DNA from: an uncultured Candidatus Saccharibacteria bacterium
GTDB taxonomy: Bacteria; Patescibacteriota; JAQUNI01
Length of the DNA: 64,000 bases
Reading direction: 5' to 3'
Assembly: GCA_964555185.1 (NCBI GenBank)
Contig: CAZKRD010000003.1
Span: 83,943-147,942, forward strand
Made by a program: the position numbers and the translations under genes. Of this stretch, positions 40,222 through 48,386 are shown piece by piece. The notes below the pieces were generated by a model, which made no database searches, was not told the DNA's origin, and saw only the letters and a list, made by a program, of their open reading frames with translations. Within the stretch, counting starts at the first letter, position 1; the number at the start of each line of letters is the position of its first letter.

Positions 40222-40884
40222 ATGCAAAATAAAACTTTTGTCGTGATTCCGGCCTATAATGAAGGAAAGCGGATTAGCAAGGTATTGAGGGAGACCAAGA
40301 AGTATTGTCCGAATATTATCGTAGTTGATGACGGATCAGAGGATGATACTTTTAGGCAAGCCAAAGAGGAGGGAGAGGCTTTGGTTTTGCGGCATAAAGT
40401 AAATTTAGGCAAAGGAGCGGCTCTCACAACCGGTTGCGAGGCAGCGCTTTTCTCGGACGCTCGGACTATAATCCTAATGGACGCGGATGGTCAGCATCAG
40501 TCTTCTGATCTGCCGCGGCTGGCGCAAGGCGTGGAGAGAGGGGATTACGATATTGTCTTTGGCTTGCGCCGCTTGCGCCGCAGAATGCCTTTTTCAATGT
40601 TAGCCGGCAATAAGTTTTTTTCCAAGGCGATTGAATACTTATATAATTTCAAGTTGACCGATACCCAGTGCGGGTTCCGCGCTTTTCGCTCTTTAGTTTA
40701 TCCTAAAATCCGCTGGCATTCCCAGGGTTATGATGTCGAGACAGAAATAATCATCAATGCCTTAAAAAATCATTTAAAGTGCGGCGCTCTCTACATTGAT
40801 ACTGTGTATCATGATAAGTACAAAGGGACAACGGTTTTGGACGGTTTAAGGATTTTAATTAAAATTATTGGCAGGAGATTTTAA
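40222..40884 (+). CDS. GtrB-like GT2 polyprenyl-phosphate glycosyltransferase (Dpm1-like)
   Basis: FVVIPAYNEGKRISKVLRET...IIVVDDGSEDDT...DADGQH is the GtrB/DPM1 signature. Length is 220 aa. Confidence 0.8.
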   Translation: MQNKTFVVIPAYNEGKRISKVLRETKKYCPNIIVVDDGSEDDTFRQAKEEGEALVLRHKVNLGKGAALTTGCEAALFSDARTIILMDADGQHQSSDLPRLAQGVERGDYDIVFGLRRLRRRMPFSMLAGNKFFSKAIEYLYNFKLTDTQCGFRAFRSLVYPKIRWHSQGYDVETEIIINALKNHLKCGALYIDTVYHDKYKGTTVLDGLRILIKIIGRRF

Positions 40885-40887
40885 AAG

Positions 40888-41229
40888 ATGACTACTTTCT
40901 TGGGCGTGCAAATTATTGGCGCGATCTTTGGTCTGTTTATGGCCTATTTCAGCTTTATCTATTTTAAGCGGGAGCAATTTTCCCTGCCGACTTTGATTTT
41001 TTGGGAGATTCTTTGGGTGGCACTGATTTTCGTCACGATCTTTCCCGCATCCACCAATTTCTTTTTGGAGAAATTAGGCTTAACCCGAGCAATGGACCTT
41101 TTTATGATTTTGGGGTTTATGGTTATTCTTGGTCTTTCTTTTTATAACTACATCATAATCGCAAATTTAAGGAAGAAGATCGAGAAGGTAGTGAGAAAGG
41201 AAGCATTGAAGGATTTTAGGAAGAAGTAG
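40888..41229 (+). CDS. Small 3-4 TM membrane protein (DUF2304/GtrA-like partner of the GtrB-like GT2)
   Basis: The protein is 113 aa and hydrophobic. The 4-nt gap to the upstream GT2 suggests translational coupling. Confidence 0.5.
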   Translation: MTTFLGVQIIGAIFGLFMAYFSFIYFKREQFSLPTLIFWEILWVALIFVTIFPASTNFFLEKLGLTRAMDLFMILGFMVILGLSFYNYIIIANLRKKIEKVVRKEALKDFRKK

Positions 41230-42508
41230 AATTTAATGTTTTTCGATAGATCTGTTCGTGATCTTGGGCGATTTTACCCCAGGTTAAATAGTTGGCAAGG
41301 TATTGATAAGCATTTTCTATTAATTTTTGATCAGGATTTTTGAGGGTTTTAAGAATTTTTTCCTTCCAGAGATTTACATCATTATAGGCTAAAACGAGGC
41401 CTAATTTTTTTTGAGAAAAAAGGTCAGCAATCCCTTCGCATTGGTCTGAAATAATTACAGGGGTTTTGGAGGCGGTTGCTTCCAAGGGGGACAGGGGGAA
41501 GGCCTCATATTGAGAAGGATAAACAAAAAGATTCGCTTCGTGGAGAGCAGCAAGCTTTATTTTTCCAAAAAGCGGACCAGTGAAAATGATTTTTTGTTCT
41601 AATTTTTTTTGTTGAATTTTTTTTTCTAGTTTTTTTTGATAATTTTCATCTGGTCCAGCAAGGACTAGTTTTGCTTGAGGCAATTCTTTGTCAACTTTAC
41701 TGAATACATCAATCAGGAAATCAAGTCCTTTGATTGGATTAATTCTGCCCAAAAAAAGAATAAAAGGAGAGCTTCCTAATCTGAATTTTTGGCGGAAGAG
41801 GTTTTTGGGAATAGGTTTTCTGAATTTTTCAAGATTAACTCCATTTTTTATTTGAATGATTTTCTTTTTCTTGTCATTGCGAGGAGTCCCGAGTTTGTCG
41901 AGGGACGACGAAGCAATTTCATATGGATAGTATTTTGTGGGGTCTCTTGAGATTGCTTCGGTCGTTCGCTCCCGCTCACTGCCTCGCAATGACATTTTAA
42001 TAAACTCTTGTTTTTCTTTTTTACTTAAGACAAGAATCCGGCTTGCCTTTTGCAGAATCCTTTTACCAAAAAGGAAATCAAATTTTTTTTTGACTGTTAT
42101 GAACTTTTTATGATAAGAAAGTGAGCCGTGTAAAGTGAGGACGCAGGGGATATTGTATTTGCGCGCGTAATGCGAGATCACAATATTTTGAAAAGTGCGG
42201 TATTCGTGTAAGTGAATAAGATCAAATGTTTTTACAAAATGCTTGGTCCCTAAAATAGAAGGGGTGATCGGTAGTTTGATCTGCGGGGATAGAGCATGAG
42301 ATATATTTTTGAAACAAAAGATTTCAAGATTGTTTATTTTTTTCTGTGTATAAGGGATTCTTTTCTGGGAATTCAAAGTATCTGTTGTATAGACTGTAAT
42401 TTCGTGGCCGCGCGTTGCCAAGGCTTTGCTTAACTCGAAAACAGCCCGGGCCGTGCCGCCGGAGCTTGGCCTCGGATAAAAATAAGGAGTAACTTGCAGG
42501 ATTTTCAT
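41216..42508 (-). CDS. Glycosyltransferase family 1 (GT4) carrying an in-frame 123-bp (41-aa) insertion of a palindromic repeat element between its two Rossmann domains
   Basis: The N-terminus is MKILQVTPYFYPRPSSGGTARAVFELSKALATRGHEITVY. Residues 165-206 (..MSLRGSERERTTEAISRDPTKYYPYEIASSSLDKLG..) are encoded by the element at 41892-42014. Confidence 0.75.
   Translation of the reverse strand: MKILQVTPYFYPRPSSGGTARAVFELSKALATRGHEITVYTTDTLNSQKRIPYTQKKINNLEIFCFKNISHALSPQIKLPITPSILGTKHFVKTFDLIHLHEYRTFQNIVISHYARKYNIPCVLTLHGSLSYHKKFITVKKKFDFLFGKRILQKASRILVLSKKEKQEFIKMSLRGSERERTTEAISRDPTKYYPYEIASSSLDKLGTPRNDKKKKIIQIKNGVNLEKFRKPIPKNLFRQKFRLGSSPFILFLGRINPIKGLDFLIDVFSKVDKELPQAKLVLAGPDENYQKKLEKKIQQKKLEQKIIFTGPLFGKIKLAALHEANLFVYPSQYEAFPLSPLEATASKTPVIISDQCEGIADLFSQKKLGLVLAYNDVNLWKEKILKTLKNPDQKLIENAYQYLANYLTWGKIAQDHEQIYRKTLNSTSS
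41892..42014. mobile_element. Head-to-head dimer of the MITE-like palindromic element (copy B 41892-41943 forward, copy B' 41968-42014 inverted), 123 bp, inside a GT1 coding sequence
   Basis: It reads tgtcattgcgaggagtcccgag...cgaagcaatttcata, then 24 bp, then tgagattgcttcggtcg...cctcgcaatgaca. Both arms match copy A (8229-8277) and copy C (43632-43674). Confidence 0.75.
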
Positions 42509-42511
42509 ATT

Positions 42512-43618
42512 TTAAGGAGTTAGTTCTTGAAATTGGTTTGGGATTTTTAGGATTCTGGCAATCAAAGAAATTGCCCAGAGAAACATTAAGGTGCCGTGGA
42601 TGTCAGGTTCTCTTTTACCTTTTGTAATTTTGGCATTGTAATAATAAACATTGGCTTTATGAGGCAAGAGAGAAAAAGCACCGACTTTTGGGAAATAGTA
42701 ATCGTGATAAATGTGTTTTAATTGATTCTGGGCAAATCTTTTGATTTCAGCAGGTTGGTAATTACCACCTGCTTTTTTATAGGCATGATAGAGGACATAG
42801 AGGGTGTTTAGGATATCACAAGCTTGTTTTGATTCGGCAGGCGACCCACGGGTCGCCCCTACATATTTTATTTGTAAACAGAGATCAATTAGTTTTTCAG
42901 GATAGGAAATTGGGAGATAGTTAATTAGCCTAAAACCCGTGATTATTTTCATCGCGCCATTGATTTTTTCTTGCAGAGGAGGTTTGCCACAGTACCAGGC
43001 GCCGTCTTTTGAGTGTTCTAATCTAGCGATCAGTTTAAGAGCAAAGGTAGTAAGCTCTTTTTTGTTTTTTAGGTTGCTGTTTTGTAAGAAGAAAACAAGG
43101 TGAGAGAAATGACTGCCGGCGTCCCAAGGTTTCTGCCAGTTGAGTTTGTTAAGATACAGATTTATCCTCCTTTTTGTTTTTGGGAAATTTTGATAAGGAT
43201 GATCAGGCTTTGCGCTTAAGAGCTTGAGGCTAGAAATTGCTTGCCTGGTCTCCGCACGCTTAGTTTTTTGACCAAAAGCATTTTGGAAGTTAAGAGAGGT
43301 GAGAGCGGACGCAATATTGCGCGGTCGTGCCTTTCTTGAAACTAAAGGATCAGAGATGCTTCCGTCTTCTCTTTCAAAGCTTTTGATAAATTGAATTATC
43401 TCTTTTTTTTCTTTTGAGGGTAATTTTTCTAGTTGATTTAAAATATAATAAATCTTTACGGCGAACACAGTGTTGCCTAATCCCCATTTTATGTTTTCAT
43501 TATAGAGATCACCAGACAGACTATAATGGAAAAAACCGGGCGCTTTTTCGCCCTTTAATTTTTTTAAGAATTTAGGAATTGTATTTTTTAATTCAAAGAC
43601 CCAGTCTATGTTTTGCAT
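42512..43618 (-). CDS. Hypothetical protein (possible alpha/alpha-toroid fold); the annotated ORF start at 43675 runs into repeat copy C
   Basis: The 368-aa core has motifs DGSISD, DGAWYCG and IHGTLMFLWAISLI. The N-terminal MSLRERATARPKQSHSPLN of the long ORF is translated repeat, so the start is probably the Met at 43618 (MQNIDWV). Confidence 0.4.
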   Translation of the reverse strand: MQNIDWVFELKNTIPKFLKKLKGEKAPGFFHYSLSGDLYNENIKWGLGNTVFAVKIYYILNQLEKLPSKEKKEIIQFIKSFEREDGSISDPLVSRKARPRNIASALTSLNFQNAFGQKTKRAETRQAISSLKLLSAKPDHPYQNFPKTKRRINLYLNKLNWQKPWDAGSHFSHLVFFLQNSNLKNKKELTTFALKLIARLEHSKDGAWYCGKPPLQEKINGAMKIITGFRLINYLPISYPEKLIDLCLQIKYVGATRGSPAESKQACDILNTLYVLYHAYKKAGGNYQPAEIKRFAQNQLKHIYHDYYFPKVGAFSLLPHKANVYYYNAKITKGKREPDIHGTLMFLWAISLIARILKIPNQFQELTP

Positions 43619-44675
43619 ATTTAGTGGGGAATGAGATTGCTTCGGTCGGGCAGTAGCCCTTTCTCGCAATGACATTTAAGATTTTCCATTTCAAGATCGC
43701 GAGTTTGATTTGATAAAAATGAATTCGTTTGATTCTTTTGGCTTTGTATTCTTTGTCCTTTAGGATTCTTTTGGCAAAAGTATAGTATTCTTGAGCGGTT
43801 TTTTGCAAGGAAAATTGGGGGAGCCTAGATTGATAATTGTGATAATCATTTTTAACTTTTTCAATTTTGGCAATCACATTTTTTTTGCCTTGGAATAATT
43901 CCCCGCCGTTTTTTAAAAGTTCGGGATGGCCGCCGCTTCTTCTTGCGACAACCGGAAGACCGGAAGACAGGGCTTCGATTAGGGAATTAGAACAAGGGTC
44001 ATTGAGGCTGCCAGTGATAAAGATATCACTCCTCTTTAGGATTTGGCCTAGATTCTCGGGGACAAGCGGGGTTAACCATTTTATGTTTTTAAATTTGATT
44101 GGCGAGTTGCCGATAAAGTACATTGCATAGCGACCAAAATCTAAGTTCCGGTCTAAGTATTGATAGATAGCAAAGCCTTTGCGGATATTTTTTGACCAAC
44201 TGACAGCCACCACTACGGTTTTTCTATTGGGGCGGAATTTTATTTTTTCAATCTGGTTAAAGATTTCAGGGTCAGGAGCATTGTGGATTATGGTTTGGTA
44301 AGGAGAAACTAGACCAAAAGATTTTCTGTTTTGTCTTTGTGACCAGCTAGACTGGAAGACAATGCCGTCAGCAAAATTGCGGGCAAAGCAGGCAATGATT
44401 TTATCTATTGTTCTGTTTTTGCCGCGATAAAAAGAGATCGGTCCGTCAACACGATGGATAATGATTTTGTTTGGGTCTTTTTGTTTTAGCTCCCAGATTT
44501 TTTTAAAAAGATATTCTGCGCCAAAAGGATAACTGTTGAAAATAATAACCTCTGCTTCTTGAGGGGTTTTACTATAGACACCTTGCTTTTCCAATTCTTT
44601 CCTTAAAGCTTGCAAGAATTGATTGCCTCCTCCCCAAGGGCTTTTGCGGAAATTGTAGAGGACGTGGATTTTCAT
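43593..44675 (-). CDS. Glycosyltransferase family 1
   Basis: The C-terminal region is GLPVVARRSGGHPELLKNGGELF. Confidence 0.65.
   Translation of the reverse strand: MKIHVLYNFRKSPWGGGNQFLQALRKELEKQGVYSKTPQEAEVIIFNSYPFGAEYLFKKIWELKQKDPNKIIIHRVDGPISFYRGKNRTIDKIIACFARNFADGIVFQSSWSQRQNRKSFGLVSPYQTIIHNAPDPEIFNQIEKIKFRPNRKTVVVAVSWSKNIRKGFAIYQYLDRNLDFGRYAMYFIGNSPIKFKNIKWLTPLVPENLGQILKRSDIFITGSLNDPCSNSLIEALSSGLPVVARRSGGHPELLKNGGELFQGKKNVIAKIEKVKNDYHNYQSRLPQFSLQKTAQEYYTFAKRILKDKEYKAKRIKRIHFYQIKLAILKWKILNVIARKGYCPTEAISFPTKYAKHRLGL
43632..43674. repeat. MITE-like palindromic element, copy C (inverted orientation)
   Basis: The reverse complement of tgagattgcttcggtcgggcagtagccctttctcgcaatgaca matches the arms of copy A. 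Confidence 0.7.
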
Positions 44676-45706
44676 TGTAGTTTTTTGTAGATTTTTTGGT
44701 AGTATCTTTTGCTGATTTCTGACCAGGAATAATTTTTTACAATGGTCAGGCCGTTTTTAATCAATTTTTTTTGCAAGGATTTGTTTTTGAGAAGTAAAGA
44801 AGATTTTTGGACAAGACCTTTTATCTCTGGCTCCGAGAGCAGGGCGTCGTGTCCATCTTGCGCAATATCTGGTACCATGCCTACGGTCGTCGCGACCACT
44901 GGAACCCCTGAAGCCCATGCCTCTAGGATTTGTTTTGGTCCGCCTTCGATTCGAGAAGTGATTAAGTAAAAATCAAGAGCAGGGTATAGTTTGGCGATTG
45001 TTGGGTAACTTTTAAGATAAAAATGTTTGTAAGGGATCCCTCTTTTTGCTAACTCTTTTTTAACATAACCGCGGGCTGGGCCTGTGAGCAGAACAAAAGG
45101 ATTGTATCTCTTTAAGTGAGCAATAACTTCCACCAATATATCCGGCCCTTTGATTGTTTTTGGTTTTTCGCCTTTACCCCAGCCCTTTCCGTCTTTTTGA
45201 AACGAGCCGATGATTGGCTGGCCTCCCGGCAAGCCCAAGCTTTCCCTTGTTCTTTTTTTCGGCTTGGGCTTGAAAAGGGCAAGATCAATTCCTAAGGGAA
45301 TTACAACTATTTTTTCTTTAGGGATTCCGATTGCAATAAGTTGTTGGCGCGTGATCTGGCAGGAGGTATGAAAAAGGTCAATCTGTTTTTCAATTCTTTT
45401 CAGATTTTTAACGCGAGGATTCTCGGGATCAAGATGAAAGCAGGTCAGGATTCTTTTATTTGAGTTGTGAGAAGGGCGCCAGGTGTGCAAGGACCCGAAA
45501 TGAATGATCTGCTTTTTAAGACCAAAGGGAAGGGTTGTGGTTCTTGCTTTGAGTAATTTTTTTTGGTTTAAGTTTTCAGCAAGATCATGACCAATCCTTT
45601 TAACTACCCAGTCGCCGGGCTCTGTCACATAAGACAGATCATAGTTTTTGCCCTGCCAGAGATTAAGATTTAAGTCTTTGATTGTTTGGATAATACCACT
45701 GCCCAT
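44672..45706 (-). CDS. Glycosyltransferase family 1 (GT4)
   Basis: The region reads EAWASGVPVVATTVGMVPDIAQDGHDALL. A 4-nt overlap with the downstream gene suggests translational coupling. Confidence 0.75.
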   Translation of the reverse strand: MGSGIIQTIKDLNLNLWQGKNYDLSYVTEPGDWVVKRIGHDLAENLNQKKLLKARTTTLPFGLKKQIIHFGSLHTWRPSHNSNKRILTCFHLDPENPRVKNLKRIEKQIDLFHTSCQITRQQLIAIGIPKEKIVVIPLGIDLALFKPKPKKRTRESLGLPGGQPIIGSFQKDGKGWGKGEKPKTIKGPDILVEVIAHLKRYNPFVLLTGPARGYVKKELAKRGIPYKHFYLKSYPTIAKLYPALDFYLITSRIEGGPKQILEAWASGVPVVATTVGMVPDIAQDGHDALLSEPEIKGLVQKSSLLLKNKSLQKKLIKNGLTIVKNYSWSEISKRYYQKIYKKLQ

Positions 45707-46326
45707 ATTTCATTAAATTGAATTGAATATTTTTTTATAGAAAGCCCTGATTTTGTTAGTTCTTTATGAAGAGAGCGAAGGGTATATTCGGTATAATGCG
45801 TTTGATCGAGACGCCATTCGCAGTGCAATTCTTTTTTGTAAAGCGTCAGCCAATCGCGGTTGAAAAGCGGTACGCGCAGCAAGATCTTTGGTCCTGTTTT
45901 TTTTATTTTTTGTAAGAAAGAAACCCGGTTTTTAATGTGTTCAAGGACATTGGAAAGCACAATAACATCAAATCCTTGTTTTTTTATTTTGGTTATATCA
46001 GCCGCTTTATATTTTAGATTAGCGGCGCTAAATTTTTTGCGGGCAAAGGCAATGTTTTTAGGATTAAGATCAAGGCCCAAGACAAGTTTTGCTTTTTGAG
46101 CTAAGGCAAAGGTCAGAAAGCCATTGCCGCAGCCAAGATCCAAAACCCGATCTCCTTTTTTGATATTTTTTAAAAAAAACAGGTGATATTTCAAGAGACG
46201 GTGTTTGGGGTGGAGGCCGTTGTTTAATTTGAGAGCGAGGGCAGAGATCTGGTTGTAGCTAAAGTTATGGAGACGGACAAGCAGTTTGATTGCGAGGAGA
46301 AGAATTTTTTTAGATAAGGTTTTCAT
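45670..46326 (-). CDS. Class I SAM-dependent methyltransferase
   Basis: Motif I is VLDLGCGNGFLTFALAQKAKLVLGLDLNP. Confidence 0.7.
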   Translation of the reverse strand: MKTLSKKILLLAIKLLVRLHNFSYNQISALALKLNNGLHPKHRLLKYHLFFLKNIKKGDRVLDLGCGNGFLTFALAQKAKLVLGLDLNPKNIAFARKKFSAANLKYKAADITKIKKQGFDVIVLSNVLEHIKNRVSFLQKIKKTGPKILLRVPLFNRDWLTLYKKELHCEWRLDQTHYTEYTLRSLHKELTKSGLSIKKYSIQFNEIWAVVLSKQSKT

Positions 46327-47404
46327 AAAGCTTCACTTCTTTTGCTGCAATTTTATCCAAAGAATGATTTTTTAAAATAAATTTGCGAGCAGCCTGGCCT
46401 AAATTTTTTTGCTGTTTGGGGTTATTGATCAAATTCAAGATGTTTTTGCGTAAACTTTGAGCATTGGGTTTTGCGAGCAGACCGGTTTTTTTGTGAGTGA
46501 TTATTTCGCGGGAGCCGGGAACAGTAGTCGCAACACAAGCCAAGCCGCAGGCCATTGCTTCGAGTAAGCTTTTTGGACATCCTTCATAGCTTGATGGCAG
46601 AACAAAGATTGGATAGCGCGTCAGTGTTTGGGGTAATTCATTGTGTTCGATTTTTCCTTTAAAATCAACCCTTACTTTTTGATTTTTCGCTGTTTGCTCC
46701 AGACTCTTTTTGAGCGGGCCTTTGCCAATAAGATCAAGAGCGACCTTGGTTCCTTTTAAGGCGTTGATCAGAGAGAAAAGATTTTTTTGTTTGTGCAGGC
46801 GGCCGAGATAGACAATTCTGTTTCGGGCTTTGGGCTTTCGGTTTTGAGATTTGAAAAGGTTAGTGTCAACCCAGTTAGGGAGGGTTTTTATTTTAGATCT
46901 GGATTTTTCCAAAAGAGAGGCAGTGAGGGCAAGATCAGAGGCGCGGCAAAGCCACTTTTCAAGCAGATAGACAAGGGGGTAGAATAATTTGTTTTCAGAT
47001 CGCAAAAACAGCGACCAAGGGAAACCACTGCGGAAAACAAATTTTGCTTTGGGATTGACCAATTTTGCGAAATAAGCGCTCCAGGCGCCGTCTGTCTGAT
47101 TGGATTTAAAAAAAGAACACCTTTTTAGGATGCGGCGGTGATAGAAAGGAATTAGAAAAGAATAGATAAGAGGAGAGAATCGGCTGTTTTTGAAAACTAT
47201 TTTTATGTTTGGTTTTAAATATTTTTGGTAGTTTAATTCATTTTTATTGCCGTAAGTGAAAAAGTAGATCTTTTTAAAATGTTGAGCGAGAAGATTATAA
47301 AGCGCGGCCTCTCGGGTTAGTGTGCCGTCCCTGTTCCATTTTTGCAAAGACATACCTCGGGTGAAAAAGAGGGCGAGGCAATGGTCTTTTAGTTCGTTGT
47401 TCAT
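46310..47404 (-). CDS. Glycosyltransferase family 1 (GT4)
   Basis: The region reads EAMACGLACVATTVPGSREIITHKKTGLL. Confidence 0.75.
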   Translation of the reverse strand: MNNELKDHCLALFFTRGMSLQKWNRDGTLTREAALYNLLAQHFKKIYFFTYGNKNELNYQKYLKPNIKIVFKNSRFSPLIYSFLIPFYHRRILKRCSFFKSNQTDGAWSAYFAKLVNPKAKFVFRSGFPWSLFLRSENKLFYPLVYLLEKWLCRASDLALTASLLEKSRSKIKTLPNWVDTNLFKSQNRKPKARNRIVYLGRLHKQKNLFSLINALKGTKVALDLIGKGPLKKSLEQTAKNQKVRVDFKGKIEHNELPQTLTRYPIFVLPSSYEGCPKSLLEAMACGLACVATTVPGSREIITHKKTGLLAKPNAQSLRKNILNLINNPKQQKNLGQAARKFILKNHSLDKIAAKEVKLYENLI

Positions 47405-47456
47405 TTAGGATTATTTGTGGGGACTATTTAATGCGGGCGACCACACGGAGTCGCCT

Positions 47457-48251
47457 CTACAGGATTGTTTGCGGGTCAAAATCAGAATATTGGTCTTGGC
47501 CGTATTTTAGTCTCTGTTTATAGAATTCTCTTGCTTTGCGGGCAAACCTTTTTTGTTTTTGTTTTAAGGTACAAGTGAGAGAGCTGGGGTGAGATCTGTG
47601 TTTAATTAAAAGGCGAGGGAGGACGGTAATTTTTTTGTCCATACTTAAGAGGCGCAGATAAAGATCATAATCCTGAGCTAAGTAGAATTTTTGACGGTAG
47701 GCGATACCTTGGTTTAGAAACATAATGGAAGAATGAAACAGGGGATTAAAACGTTTAAGTCTGCGGGCAAGTCTGGCGGGGTTGTCTTTTCGTTGATAGC
47801 GAGCAGTTTCTTGGCCGCTCTGATCAATCACGATCGCGCCGGCGCCGACCAGAAAGACAGCAGGATTCTTTCTTAAATAAGAGTATTGATAAGCGAGCCG
47901 TTTGGGCAAAGAGATTTCGTCTGCATCCTGACGGGCAATGTATTTGCCGCGCGCTAACTTCAAACCTCGATTTAGGGAATAGGTTAGTCCCTTGTTTTGT
48001 TTGTTTTGGAACGGTTTGATTCTTTGGTCTTTTTGGGCAAATTCTTGGATGATTTTCCAGGACCTATCTTTTGATCCATCGTCAATAATAATAAATTCAA
48101 AATCCTTGAAAGTCTGATTTAAGATTGAGTTGACGCCCTCTAGGAGATAGCGGGCTTGGTTGTAGACGGACATTATGACAGAGATTGAGGGAGGTTTTTT
48201 AGTCGTGGACATAGAATTCTTAATTTCCAATAACCAATTTCCAATTTCCAA
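47457..48251 (-). CDS. Glycosyltransferase family 2
   Basis: ISVIMSVYNQARYLLEGVNSILNQTFKDFEFIIIDDGSKD is the GT-A N-terminus. Confidence 0.8.
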   Translation of the reverse strand: MEIGNWLLEIKNSMSTTKKPPSISVIMSVYNQARYLLEGVNSILNQTFKDFEFIIIDDGSKDRSWKIIQEFAQKDQRIKPFQNKQNKGLTYSLNRGLKLARGKYIARQDADEISLPKRLAYQYSYLRKNPAVFLVGAGAIVIDQSGQETARYQRKDNPARLARRLKRFNPLFHSSIMFLNQGIAYRQKFYLAQDYDLYLRLLSMDKKITVLPRLLIKHRSHPSSLTCTLKQKQKRFARKAREFYKQRLKYGQDQYSDFDPQTIL

Positions 48252-48386
48252 ATAATTTCCGAATGACCAATTTCCAATTTTTTAGATCAATAACAAGATG
48301 AATGTTTGGAAATTGGATGTTGCTCACCTTCCGAGGTCTGGGCGCGAGAACAGGGATTTGTTTAGGTAGAGCTTAGAATTTTAATT

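Noticed and set aside
42512-43618. The hypothetical alpha-rich protein as a LanC-like lanthionine cyclase (it has AWYCG and IHG motifs).
   Set aside because: The spacing and identity of the LanC zinc ligands (WCxG...CHG) are not reproduced. The resemblance is superficial, so I left it as hypothetical.
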